Origin: Octopus vulgaris
Lineage: Eukaryota
DNA length: 64,000 nucleotides
Assembly (NCBI GenBank): GCA_951406725.2
Contig: OX597815.1
Span: 34,844,001-34,908,000 of the forward strand
Direction of reading: 5' to 3'
A program made the position numbers and the translations under genes. The notes under the pieces are model-generated. The model searched no databases, was not told where the DNA came from, and saw only the letters and a program-made list of their open reading frames with translations. Below are positions 38,556 through 51,789 of this stretch, piece by piece; position 1 is the first letter of the stretch; every line of letters starts with the position of its first letter.

Positions 38556-38986
38556 GGTTTGAAATTTTGACACAAGGCCAGTAAGTTGTGAGGAGGGGGA
38601 AACTCCAGTGTTCTACTGGTACTTCTTTTATCGACTCCGAAAGGATGAAAGGCAAAGTCAACCTCGGCGGAATTTGAACCCAGAACGTGTAGACAGACGA
38701 AATGCCACAAAGCATTTTGTCTGGCATGCTAACGATTCTGCCTGCTCGCTGCCTAACTGTCTGTTGAAATATTCTTTTCTACTCTAGGCAAAAGGCCCGA
38801 AATTTTTTGGGGAGGAGACAAGTCGATTAGATCGACCCAGGTACGCAACTGGTACTTAATTTATAGACCCCGAAAGGATGAAAGGCAAAGTTGACCTCGG
38901 CGGAACTTGAACTCAGAACATACAGGCAGACGGAATGCCGCTAAGCAATTTTCTCGACGTGCTAACGTTTCTTCCAGCTCGCCGGC
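38556..38986 (-). mobile_element. Two tandem SINE family A copies
   Basis: Both bodies present; tgtctgttga(a/t)a(t/c)att occurs before, between and after them. Confidence 0.82.
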
Positions 38987-39039
38987 TAAGTGTCTGTTGA
39001 AACATTAGCAACATGTGAACAACAACCGTAACTCTAGCA

Positions 39040-40835
39040 CCAATTGTAAATATAATATTTTACATCCTCACTCTATTCAAAACGATACTAACAATATTAT
39101 CGTATAATTTTGAAGAGAAAATAACCTAATGTTAATGTAATGCCCAATCCCATTAGACAAGCTGTCTAAAGAAGACATATTCTTAAAGCAAAAAAAGAGA
39201 AGAAAAATCCAGAAATGGAGAGACAACATTGAAAAGAAGTATAGAGAAAACGCTAATAACAAAAAAAGAAATCAAAATATTTTGGGAATGTATCGTCAAA
39301 CACCTAATAACGAAATATAAACCCTAGAACACTTACAGAATATTGACAAAGAAACGCCAAATGAATGCAACGCAGACACTAATATGAATAGAAGGGAATA
39401 AGAGGAAAATTTAATACTAGAAAATTCTAAGGATGGAAATCAAGAACATGACAGGAATATTAAGTAGTAAATAATTAAAGAATTAAAGTAAATACAAGAT
39501 ATTTCTGTGGACCAGACGAAAGAACCTCCTCTGCGAGGATTAAAACTCAACGGCGAAACAGCAAAAATAATTAAAACAACGTAAACCAGACCTTCACAGA
39601 CTTATGGGAAAACAGAAACGAATTATTTAGCGGCAACATTGGCTTTGTCTTTGTTGCCAATCGGATTTAATATTTCTGTAACAGTGTCCACCATAAAAAA
39701 GAAGAAAAAACGAGTAAGTAGTGTAGTAAATATCACTAAAGCAAGTTAACGAAATATTACATATAATGGCCACAGTTACAAAGGAAATTAAGCACTCCTT
39801 CAGATATAAAGCATACAGAAACAGATAAAGACTTCTTAATATGTAAAAGAAAAAAGAGCAACAGATACTATAAAAATATAGCAGAACAAAACGAAACCTT
39901 TAAATCAAGAGGTGGCAAACAAGGGACGATCAGATGCTTACTAAATCGTTCTTGAGAATCTGTTAATATAAAAAGCGAAAACGATTCTTTGAACAAAACA
40001 ACTTCTATTCCAAACTCCAAACAATTTTACCAAAATCTAGGTAAAAATAAAACTGGAAAGAATGTACTACTAATAGCAAGGGATGGGAAGGACTTTAGAC
40101 AGCTAAGTTATCACCACAAACAAGAATGTTCAAAACAATAATGCAGAGCCCGTTTATAACTATTTCTTTATTACCCACAAGGGGCTAAACACAGAGGGGA
40201 CAAACAAGGACAGACATAGGTATTAAGTCGATTACATCGACCCCAGTGCGTAACTGGTACTTAACTTATCGACCCCGAAAGGATGAAAGGCAAAGTCGAC
40301 CTCGGCGGAATTTGAACTCACAACGTAACGGCAGACGAAATACCGCTAAGCATTTCGCCCGGCGTACTAACGTTTCTGCCAGCTCGCCGCCTTATAACGG
40401 CGGTGTATAACGCCGTAGCAACGCAAAAAAAGAAGAAAAAAAAAGAAGAAATGTTCAGAAATTGCATAAAGCAAGTTACTGGATAAAATTCTTAAACTTC
40501 TGATTAAAATATTTAAGAGGGACGTGTAAGGTTCTCGCAGAGATATTTAATAAAATACTGAAGGAGTCGGAGAAAACACCTGAATGGATCACGAAGAAAA
40601 AAGTTCATCGCAACCTACAAGACGATTGAAGTAACATACCTTAAAGATTACAGATCCATATCTACCTTTCAACAGCTTACAAAGCCATAACTGCAATAAT
40701 ATAGCAGAGAACCTGCTTCTAGACGAGCAAAAGGAATGCTACAAAGACCCACATAGGAATAACAAAACATGACATGGATTGGCTATCAAAATGCTGTTGA
40801 CAGTATTCTCCTCACGTCGATCAAGGAAACAGCAG
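39040..40835 (+). mobile_element. Decayed R4/Dong-clade LINE (N-terminal region to RT), interrupted by a SINE
   Basis: TPEWIT, DYRSIS..STAYKAITAII, ENLLLDEQKEC, MTWIGYQNAVDSI (cf. AWIDYxKAFDSV). Confidence 0.65.
40161..40393 (-). mobile_element. SINE family A, young copy
   Basis: Reverse complement of 210-438; flanking ttataac duplicated. Confidence 0.9.
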
Positions 40836-41154
40836 CGGTAAGGTAGTACAAGTAACATAAAATGAGAATTCTTCTTTTTCTCCCTTTATTTTTCTTTCTT
40901 TGGCATTATGATATTTAAATTCGAATGACGCTTTGGCCAAAGATACCTTTACTTAACAGGATTGAATTATACCCTATAGATCCACAAACAAATACATTAT
41001 TTGGTATATATATATATATATATATTAGGAAAAATCTGAGATCTTTGCCTAAATCTGAGTTAGGCAAGAAAAAAGAAAATGAAGGACTTCACTGTTCCAA
41101 TAAATTTAATTTATTATTTTCTAATTCTTTGATTATATAAATTTTACACCTCAG

Positions 41155-41195
<41 letters not shown>

Positions 41196-41221
41196 ATATA
41201 TATATATACATATATATATAT

Positions 41222-41405
41222 ACAACCGATGCTGGTGTGTTTACGTCCCCGTAACATAGCGGTTCGGCAAAAGGGACCGATAGAATAAGTACTAAGCTTA
41301 CAAAGTATAAGCCCTGTGGTCGATTTGCTCGACTAAAGAGCGGCGCTCCAGCATGGCCACAGTCAAATGACTGAAACAAGTAAAGGAGTAAATGAGTAAA
41401 GAGTA
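41222..41405 (+). mobile_element. SINE family B, 3' part
   Basis: Homologous to 705-877. Confidence 0.82.
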
Positions 41406-42222
41406 TTTCTCTCCTTAAACTATATGAAAAAATAAAAATAAAAACAAAAATATATAAAACACACACAAACGAAAACATTAAAAGCAACAACCACGATAAC
41501 AACAACAACAACGACGACGACGACGACCACCACCACCACACTGTTATTAGTTTCGATTTCTCGTGGAGAGAGACTGCATTTTCGGCTTTTAGGTTTTTGC
41601 AATAACTATGTAAATGCTTATGTATGTTTGCATATGAGTGTGATCTAATCGATACGCACTATGCATATGTATATGTATACACACATACACACACACACAT
41701 ATGAAGTTTTATCTTTCTCTCTCTCTCGTCCACCCTCTCTCGCTCTCTCCTGCCTCTCTCGCTCTCTCGCTCTCTATCTCTGAGTACTCGTTTATGTAAT
41801 TACACATATGCACGCAGGTTGGATATCATTGCGTTGATTTGCTGAATAGCATGCAACTGAAAATACAACTGAACGTTCAGCGAGGTTGTGCATGTTTATG
41901 AAATGCAAATATTTATGACGAAGAAAAAAAAACGCTATCGCTTGATTTGGTAATTTTCTGGGTTGATGTTTCTTAGTTAAAGCCCGATTCTTTCCACCAT
42001 CTCCGATTAATACTGATTGGCTGGAGGAGACAGGTTTCATGACTCACACTGCTCTGTAGACTGGAGAACACTCGGCGTGGAAAGGGGTGACCGGATCTGA
42101 GACAGAAGGCCAGGAATAAGCTATGAAAATCTGAATATTTTACTGTTTGATAGAGATTATTGGTTTGTGGCTGCGACAGTTGTAAACAGACAGTTCATTT
42201 TAATTATTTATCATTTGTACTT

Positions 42223-42253
<31 letters not shown>

Positions 42254-42263
42254 TGAGAGAGTC

Positions 42264-42331
<68 letters not shown>

Positions 42332-42460
42332 ACATATATAAATTACAAAATGGGATAAGAGCGCAAAACATCCGGACAGCTAAATGATACAAAAAGGGAG
42401 AATAAAACATCCAGATAAACGATGCAAAGAAAACAATGACGGGTCATGCGAAGTTTTTTT

Positions 42461-42513
<53 letters not shown>

Positions 42514-42529
42514 TCTTTTTTTATCTTCT

Positions 42530-42812
42530 TTTCCGACCAGACCATCAGATGTTGCTACACATCGCTGGTCACAATGCGTTCGGATTGTTTTAGCCTTCGA
42601 ATGACGCCACCCCGCTGGCTAAGCGAGCAGGCCAACAGAAGAAAGAGTGAGAGGAGGAGTGGTGAAAGAGTACATCAGGGATCACCACCCCCTGCTGGAG
42701 CCTCGTGGAGCATTTTAGGTGATTTCGCTCAAAAAACACACACAACGCCCGGTCTGGGAATCGAAACCGCGATCCTACGACCGCGAGACCGCTGCCCTAA
42801 CTACTGGGCCAT
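42530..42812 (-). mobile_element. tRNA-derived SINE, head type E with tail type F
   Basis: Head is the reverse complement of the 31420 type. Confidence 0.82.
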
Positions 42813-42820
42813 TGCGCCTC

Positions 42821-42898
<78 letters not shown>

Positions 42899-42902
<4 letters not shown>

Positions 42903-43198
42903 GGCGCATGGCTCAGTGGTTAGAGCGTCGAGTTTACGATCGCGAGGTTGTGAGTTCGAATTCCTGACCGGGCTGCGTGTTGTGTTCTTGAGCAAGACAC
43001 TTTATATCACGTTGTTCCAGTTCACTCAGCTGTAGAAGGTGCCAAGCTGTATCGGCCTTTGCCTTTCCCGTGGATAACACTGGTGGAGGCCAGTATGCAT
43101 GGGCGACTGGTGGTCTTCCATAAACAACCTTGCCCGGACTTGTGCTTGGGAGGGTTACTTCCTGGGTGCAATCCGATGGTCAGTCATGATCGAAGGGG

Positions 43199-43201
<3 letters not shown>
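42899..43201 (+). mobile_element. SINE family C
   Basis: Homologous to 50620-50957 with a short internal deletion. Confidence 0.88.
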
Positions 43202-43256
<55 letters not shown>

Positions 43257-43257
43257 C

Positions 43258-43326
<69 letters not shown>

Positions 43327-43445
43327 ACACACATACATACATATATGTGTCTGTACCAGTGTGAATTCGCATATATATGTATATATACATGCATGTGTAT
43401 GTATGTATGTTTGTATATTTATATATGTGTGTGTGTATATTTATG

Positions 43446-43500
<55 letters not shown>

Positions 43501-43710
43501 ATATATATATATATCTATCTATCTGTTTATCTATCGATCTATCTATCTACACACACACAAACGGACATACACATAAACATGTATTTTGATTTCTTATACT
43601 AACACAGGATCATAAAATATGTTTTTAGGGTAAAGGTATCATTGACTGAATTGACTTAGCACCTATAAATATATGCATATATATACAAACTCTAATGTTT
43701 TATATATATA

Positions 43711-44106
43711 CTAGCAGTATCGCCGGCGTTGCTCGGATTTGTAAGGGAAATAACTATATAAGCATTTTTAGAGAGTTATAGCCAAAAAATAGCCAAAAAA
43801 TGCATTAAAAATGGAAAAAAATTTATGGTAATTTTTAAAAAAAATCGTTGACTCATCGTAGACATTTTTAGAGAGTTACTTCTCTTATATAATAGCGAAA
43901 AATGCATTAAAATGGAAAAAAATGATGGAAAGTTTTTTTTAAAATCGTAGACTCATCGTAGACGCGCGCTAATATCCAGAAGGGCTCGATATGAATCACG
44001 ACTATAAGATACCCGGTTTTGGTTAAACTGCACCACAAAATGTGGGAGTAGTTAGGAATCTAAATCGTAGGAGACAGACACACAACCTTACTTTTATATA
44101 TAAAGA
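43711..44106 (-). mobile_element. Non-autonomous Helitron with internal tandem repeat
   Basis: Minus strand A|TCTTTATATATAAAAG...ccgagcaacgccgg hairpin..CTAG|T; internal unit cattttttagagagtta..gactcatcgtagac is duplicated. Confidence 0.88.
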
Positions 44107-44511
44107 TATATAAACAAAACATTCAAACTCTAAGGTTTGAAGTAAGATGTCACTATTGTTAATATCATCTGTGGATAAAATTTAAAAGTGATGGTATCAA
44201 CAGTAGTAACATAGGTGCTTCGCAAGCAAAAACCATTATTTAGCTATAAATTCAAATCAGCACGAAGCGTAAGGATGCAGAAAAGCATCAACCTGCTAGA
44301 AACAAGAACTAAAATCTTAATTAAAGTGAACAGGTCGCGGTCTCAAAGCGACGAAAATATTTTGGCAAATTAAATTTAAATGTTGAAGTGAATCTAACGG
44401 TTTTTGTGTGTTTCTTAAATGGCTTATAAACACCTTCCACGCTGCAATTGTTTTCGTTCCAGCATACGATCTCAGATCAGGTCACTTGCTATGCAAGTAC
44501 ATCTCCGTAAG

Positions 44512-44546
<35 letters not shown>

Positions 44547-44729
44547 TGTATGTATGTATGTGTGTATATGTCTGTGTTTTCTTGTATGTGTGTATGCATA
44601 CATTCATGCACATATACATATATGTATATATAACTTTCTCTCTGCCACTTTCTCTGTCTCTCTCTCTCAGTCTATCTCTCTGTCTGTCTGTCACTTTCTC
44701 TCTCTCTCCTCCTCTCTCTGTCTCTCTTT

Positions 44730-45139
<410 letters not shown>

Positions 45140-45614
45140 GGTTATGTATATTCTGAATATCGAGGTTTATGCAATAGATATATTTCGATTATCATTGTTC
45201 GATTTCCTTTACATTCCTTCACATTCCTATAAATATTTATGGTGGGTGTGTAGTGAGCAATGTGTTCCCTAGGACATCACTGTTACTTTATATATCGGCA
45301 ATAAGAGGATGAAAAGGAAATCGATTCAGGCAGTAATTCAAAATGAAAACTTAGTTGCTTTGAAACCAATATGCACTTAGTCCCGCCTTCTATCTTCCCT
45401 GTCATCCGCATCTTTTACAATAATAAATATTGCAGTTGTATATAATTAGATGTGGAATATTGATTTGAGCCATGAGATGTTGTGTCTTCTTTTGTTAGTG
45501 TAATACGGTATATGTAGTGGCGTCAGTTAGTTTAAAGGCAAGAGTAGACTGTTAATTGAAAGTTTATTAATTATTTCTCTTCATTTAATCACTTACGATT
45601 CAAACTATCCCGCT

Positions 45615-45875
45615 CCTCATGTGTCATGTCTACAGGCGTGAACAATCACGACCCCCCCCCATGCTCTCCTGCACCACGAATAGCTTGGAACGTTTGACGG
45701 GGCGATCTTTCTGAAGCCAGCTTGTAAGGCCATTGAGCATCTTCTTTCTCTGCTTTCCCTGGCTTCTTCCTTTTAGTTTCCTGGTTCGCACCAAATGCTC
45801 AAGGCTTTTTTTTTCTCATCGTAGTCCTATGAACTGAGCCTATTGTTTCCTAATGCTGTTAAGAAGCCTTCAGAC
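45615..45875 (-). mobile_element. RTE-clade LINE 3' end
   Basis: Minus strand LLNSIRKQ*AQFIG..LEHLVRTRKLKGRSQGKQRKKMLNGLTSWL..HACRHDT*. Confidence 0.8.
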
Positions 45876-45890
45876 AGTATAAGGAAGCAC

Positions 45891-45927
<37 letters not shown>

Positions 45928-45930
<3 letters not shown>

Positions 45931-46157
45931 CGTTTTTGGATTTGGTTTTCAAGATTCTTTATATGAGTTCGTGTGTTGAAGCATATTCTGTTGTGTCTGG
46001 GGCGAGTCATTCTCTTTTAGTGCCTTATTATTTAACACACTGACCGGTAAAATTTCCACTTGTTTCTTATTTTTATTTTCTAAAATTTTCGTTGCGTCTT
46101 GCAACCTTTTCAATAGTCTTGACTATTGAAAAGGTTGCAAGACGCAACGAAAATTTT
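45928..46157. repeat. (TA)n-embedded insert ending in a perfect 37 bp-arm palindrome (46082-46157)
   Basis: aaaattttcgttgcgtcttgcaaccttttcaatagtc-tt-gactattgaaaaggttgcaagacgcaacgaaaatttt. Confidence 0.9.
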
Positions 46158-46891
46158 CGTATATAACAGTATATATATATATATATATGTATGTATATAT
46201 CACTCTATCTGCGTTGGATACCATCAGTATTCTTTTTATGAAGCATATCTCTACAGCATTGATAAGCTTTTGCATTTACTATTGATGTACCAGGCCATAC
46301 GATTATGCTTCACTCTTTTAAATACAAAAATATATTTTAGGATAATGCAATCATTGGCAGTTATAAATAAAACGACAAAACGTTTTAGATTTAAGAACAG
46401 TTTAGAAAAAAAGCATTTTAATTTTTTGACATTCAATATTACTCACTAAGTATGACAAAATTTTAATAAATATTGCATATCTTCTTAAGATCTGTTCTGA
46501 TGGGTATATGAAATGCTTGTCACCAGAAGCACAATCAAGAATTGTCCAGTGGCATATACTGAAAGGAACATTTTGAGCCATGATTCGAAAAATCAATTTC
46601 CACTTATTTGGTCGGGCAATTTTCCTATGTTGCAACAACCGAAGCATTCTGCAGGAATAAGCAACAAATTTATCAAATACAAAAAAAAAAAAAAAAAAAA
46701 AAATTCAGCGCTGCAGTTGTTAAAATCTTTAGATTTAAATCTGATATAAAACGCTTCGATATGAGTATTCCTCAAAGAATTCACACTGAGTGAATTGTAT
46801 AATCATATAACCTCATCTCACCGCACAAAATGTGAAGAAATTCCGAATAATGTGGTTAGCAGAGTGGTGTATTCTTGTGTAGTATGCTGTA

Positions 46892-47888
46892 CGCTAGGGT
46901 ACCCGAAAGTAACCGGAAACGTTCTCTGAGGGACAAACCCGTTGTAGTTCAGGCTTCTGCCGCTAGACACCACTTGATGCGATCCTCAGGCACCAGTCTG
47001 CCGACTGGCATCGTACACTAAAATCGTACTGCTATGTGGTGCATCTTTGTTTTGCAGTACTTCTTCCCTGTTCGTCGATTTTTGCGATGGCTGAAACGAA
47101 GAAACAGCATGGCTGTCCCCTTATGCACAATCCTTTCTCCACCTGCTACGATCAATAGCTCTGCCTTCCCATGTGTCAGGAGAGATGCAAGCATCTCTTA
47201 AGGAAGCCTTTGTTTTCTGCTGGTGAAAACGGCGGCTGAAACAGTTGTCATGCTTCAAACAGCTTACAAGGACGCTGCATTGAGCAAAACACAAGTTTAC
47301 GGGTGGTTTTCACGTTTTAGGAGTGATCATTTGTCGCTTGAAGACCAATTTCGTTCAGGGCGATGGTCGACACCCCACCCCTAGTGAATGAAAACATCGA
47401 ACTGACCTTGAAGGACTGTCACCGAACAATTGACGAAACTGTTGATATGACTGGTGTATCCTGGAGCTTCTGCCAATGAATTTTGAGCGAGGAATCGTGA
47501 ATGAAAAGAGTTGCAACAAAATTTGTGCCTCACTTGCTCACGGAAGATGAAAAGCAGTCACGGCTGAATGCGTGTGGTGAACTGAAAGAACAGTTGGAAG
47601 TCGATCCGGACCTTTTGTTGAAGTTCATCACTGGTGACGAAAGCTGGTGCTACGGAATTTGTTGATGTCGAAGAGGTAAAGAAAAAAAAAAAAAAAAAAA
47701 AACGATGGAGGCGTTATAAAGCATCTCTTCGCAAGAGTTCCAGCACTGCTCCGAACAATGGAAAACGTTTCTGGGGCGAAGCATTGCTTCAAATCGAGAA
47801 TACTTTGAAAGCGATAAAAGTGTAAACGTAAAACTAAGTGAAGAAAATAATATTGCAAAAATTCCGGTTTCTTTTCGGTTCCCCCTCG
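46892..47888 (+). mobile_element. Internally deleted mariner transposon
   Basis: TA-flanked TIRs cgctagggtacccgaaagtaaccggaa / ttccggtttcttttcggttccccctcg; KTAAETVVMLQTAY..KTQVYGWFSRFRS..LEDQFRSGR, MKRVATKFVPHLLT, FITGDESWCY, EYFESD. Confidence 0.9.
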
Positions 47889-48541
47889 TATTCTTATGCA
47901 TACTTCATGTATTGTGGTTTAGTTTAGTATGGTAATGGGTTGTGTGGACTATTGTTGCGAAGTGTAAATTGGTACCTGGAAAAATTGTGTTTTTTCACAT
48001 TAAACACGTTAACATTTTTTCCCAATATTTCCATATTGAAGTTTCGTTTTTCTCTTTTAGTTCCTCTTGCTATAATTTGGTCGTTAGAAAAGTGCAAGAT
48101 ATTTAATTCCGTTCATATTTATGCTGGTTATTGTTAGTGTTTATGTTATGTTAACTTGTTGTTGTTATTGTTGATTGTTGTTCGAGGTGGTTATGATACC
48201 GTTTGTGATCGTGCTGATAATGATAAAATACTGTTGCTGCTAATGATGGCGACAATGACGCCGCCTCCACCGCCTACGACGACGACGATGATGATGATGA
48301 CATTCAAAGATATTCTACACATGAAAACATTTCGGATTGTTTTTGTAAAAGATTAAAGACTAATTCGGTTTAAATCTGCTTTAGATCTTTTTAAGGAAGC
48401 TGGTGAAAAAAGTTATTATTTTGAAATATGAACTATGAGCTCGTTTTTGTGGTACAGTATTTGCATTTATCGATATGTTTATGTATTTGTGCATGTGTTT
48501 GTGCGTATACGTAGATGTGTGTGTAGGGGTAGTAGGAAATG

Positions 48542-48593
<52 letters not shown>

Positions 48594-48828
48594 CATGCTG
48601 TGTTTGTATTGTTTTGGTGTCGGTAAGCAGAAGGTGGAGTAGGGGGCGAAGTGTCAATGTCGGTACTTCCAGTAGGTTATAGTTGATGTATGCAATTAAC
48701 GAACTTGCAGCATGATTCATAGCCTGAAACAACAACTATAAAAACAACAGCAACAACAACAGCAACAGCAACACTAACTGAAGCAAAAACGACATGAAAG
48801 AGAAAGATGAAACGATATACATAGAGAT

Positions 48829-48884
<56 letters not shown>

Positions 48885-49576
48885 TGATAGATAGATAGAT
48901 AGAGAGATAGATAGAGAGAGAGAGAAAGAGGAGGAGTAATACACAGAAAGAGAGAGGGAGAGAGAAAGAAAGAAGAAGGAGGAGGAACGGGTGAGATGTA
49001 TAAATGTAGATGTAAAGATGTGGGGATGAGTAGGGAGGGAAAAACACGATCGATGGCTTTATGTTTGTGTCAATCCCAGGACATTTCATTCTCCCTGACG
49101 TCCTGCATGGCAAGCAGCCATATCGTTTCAGTAAGTCCTTATTGATTGATTTTATTTTTCCTTCTTCTCCATCTAAAAGTATAACTGTCCATCGAATTAT
49201 GCTGACAATTCAGGGACAATATGACCCTATAAATTCACTAGAAACAGATACGAAAAAAAAAACACTACCACCACCACCAACAACAACAAATAGCAATAGT
49301 AACGATGATGATGATGATGGGGAGGAGGAGGAAGGAGAGGATTGTCATGGTGGTGGTGATGATAATGGATTCAAATTTAGGAACAACGCCAGCAGTTTTG
49401 AAACGATAGCTTTAGTCAATATCATCGGCCCCCACTACTTGACAGGCACTGCATTTTATCGCTCCCGGAAGGATGAAAGTAAAGTTGATTTTGGCGGGAT
49501 TTGAACTAATGACAAAAGATAAAAAATAAAAAAATTAATAATGTTTAATAATGATGGTGATCATGATGATGATCAT

Positions 49577-49970
49577 GGAAGCCGGACAGTCTTAATTGAG
49601 AAAGAAAACAAACTATGCTAGATCATAGACATAGCATGCCCAGCTGACAACGAGGTATGCGATAAGAGAGAAAGAAAAGTCGAGAGATATGACAGGTTAG
49701 CTTGGGAAGTTAAGCAGTTATGGTCGATGAAAAAGGTAGCAGTAGTACCAATAATTGTCGGAGCCCTGGGATCAGTGAGCAAAACTCTCGAGAAGTACGT
49801 GGAAAAAATAGGGGCTGTAATAAAGGTAGAGTACTTGCAGAAAACAGCACTGCTTGGAGCCACTTGAATACTCCGGAAAGTGCTCGAAAGCTAAGAGGTG
49901 TTACCTTAGTTCACTGGTAGTGAACAACTGACACTGTAGTACATCTCCAGCGTTAGAAGCTTGCAAAGGC
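49577..49970 (+). mobile_element. R4/Dong-clade LINE restriction-like endonuclease domain and 3' UTR
   Basis: KPD..IEKENKLC*IIDIACPAD..KVERYDRLAWEVKQLW..VVPIIVGALGSV..LQKTALLGAT*ILRKVL. Confidence 0.9.
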
Positions 49971-50029
49971 AACAACAACAACGACAACAACAGCAGCAGC
50001 AGCAACAACAACAACAACAACAATAATAA

Positions 50030-50558
50030 TATCAGATTATAACCAGAGGGTTGAAGAAACTGTGGAAAACTACAAGACAATAATTATTCCATTAGTAATT
50101 GGTGAACTTGGTGCAATACACAAAATGCTACCTAAAAGACTGAGATAGACTGGAATTGAAACCCGCATTGTCGACCTGCAGAAAAGTACAATTCTGCAAG
50201 AATTCTGAAAAAGACTTTTGAGATTTGAGGTAACTTGTTGTCACCAGGATCGTAAAGAGAAAGAAAAAAAAACGAAAAAAATTATCCCTTAAAATTTAAA
50301 ATCGCAAGAATTTTGAGTATGGAAATTGTAATCGTTGTGCCTATAAAAATACTGTAAGCAAAAATATAGACAAATGGTTGAAGGAGATTGGAAAAGAATG
50401 TCCTGTAGAACCTCTACAGAAAGTTTGCCTCTCAGGGACAGGGAAAATTATCAAGTATTTGAAAGACTATTGAAAGCTTGTGGATATATAAGATTATAGG
50501 TAGTAACCCGCTACCCTCATAAATCCTACCAAGTTTAAGACCGAACCCCAGTCAAGTC

Positions 50559-50560
<2 letters not shown>
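50030..50560 (+). mobile_element. Two further R4/Dong-like 3' ends in tandem
   Basis: LKKLW..IIPLVIGELGAI..DLQKSTI..RILKK and VVPI..TVSKNIDKWLKEIG..LQKVCLSGTGKII. Confidence 0.75.
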
Positions 50561-50619
<59 letters not shown>

Positions 50620-50957
50620 GTGAAGGCGTGTGGGTCAGTGGTTAGATCATCGAGCTTACGATCGTGAGGTTGTGAGCTCGAATCCCGACCGGGCTGCGTG
50701 TTGTGTTCTTGAGCAAGACACTTTATTTTATGTTGCTCCAGTTCACTCAGCTGTAGAAATGAGCTGCGACGTCACAGGTGCCAAGCTGTATCGGCCCCTT
50801 TGCCTTTCCCTTGGATAACACTGGTGGCGTGGAGAGGGGAGGCCGGTATGCATGGGCGACTGCTGGTCTTCCATAAAACAACCTTGCCCAGACTTGTGCC
50901 TCAGAGGGTAACTCTCTAGGTGCAAACCCATGGTCAGTGTCTGACCGAAGGGGGTCA
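50620..50957 (+). mobile_element. SINE family C, full length, within (TAA)n
   Basis: tRNA-like head, CORE-like segment, tail ending gaccgaagggggtc. Confidence 0.9.
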
Positions 50958-51021
50958 CCAATAATAATAATAATAATAATAATAATAAGGATAATAATAA
51001 TAACAATAATAAATAATAATA

Positions 51022-51578
51022 AATGCCCTGATGCAGTACCAGGCAGTGGCTCTCATGGCTTCTGATCATAACTGATTATAAGTGTTATCATGTACATTGT
51101 CTTGTCTTGGTATAAAAGATGGGCTACAGCAAATATTCTGCTCAATACCACAGATTTGCTTGTCACTTGTTTGACCTTAACCAACTGAGCATTCCCTTAG
51201 TGGCTGACGATATGTGCATCTCTGATCACGAGCAGAAGTAGTGGGGGAGCATCATAGCCATGTGTTGAGAGGAATTCTTTGGAGTTTGAATAATTCACCT
51301 CTGGAAACAGGGGTGTTTCGTTCAACATCCTTAAACAACCCTTATCCAGGAACGTTTTGAGTGGGGTGGGTTACTCGACCAGAAGAAAATTCTAACTGGG
51401 CCCCGCCTGCAAGGTCATGTGTTGTTTATCTTGCTATGAAATCACCATGTCGCGCACATATGGTTGCGATGCATGTGCCTTGTGTACCTTTATCAGACGA
51501 GTAGTCATGATAGGTATACTGGGATTCGTATATTTTACCTCAGTGTCACTTTGATGGCATGCACTGCTCTCTCACCCA
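51022..51578. repeat. Unclassified insert of about 555 bp inside a (TAA)n tract
   Basis: Complex sequence bounded on both sides by (TAA)n; no ORF homology recognised. Confidence 0.5.
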
Positions 51579-51584
51579 ATAATG

Positions 51585-51667
<83 letters not shown>

Positions 51668-51674
51668 ACTAATA

Positions 51675-51729
<55 letters not shown>

Positions 51730-51789
51730 GTAACACATGGTTTAGAAGTGCTCGTATCTGAATGACCCCGGACAACATATTTACTTCTT

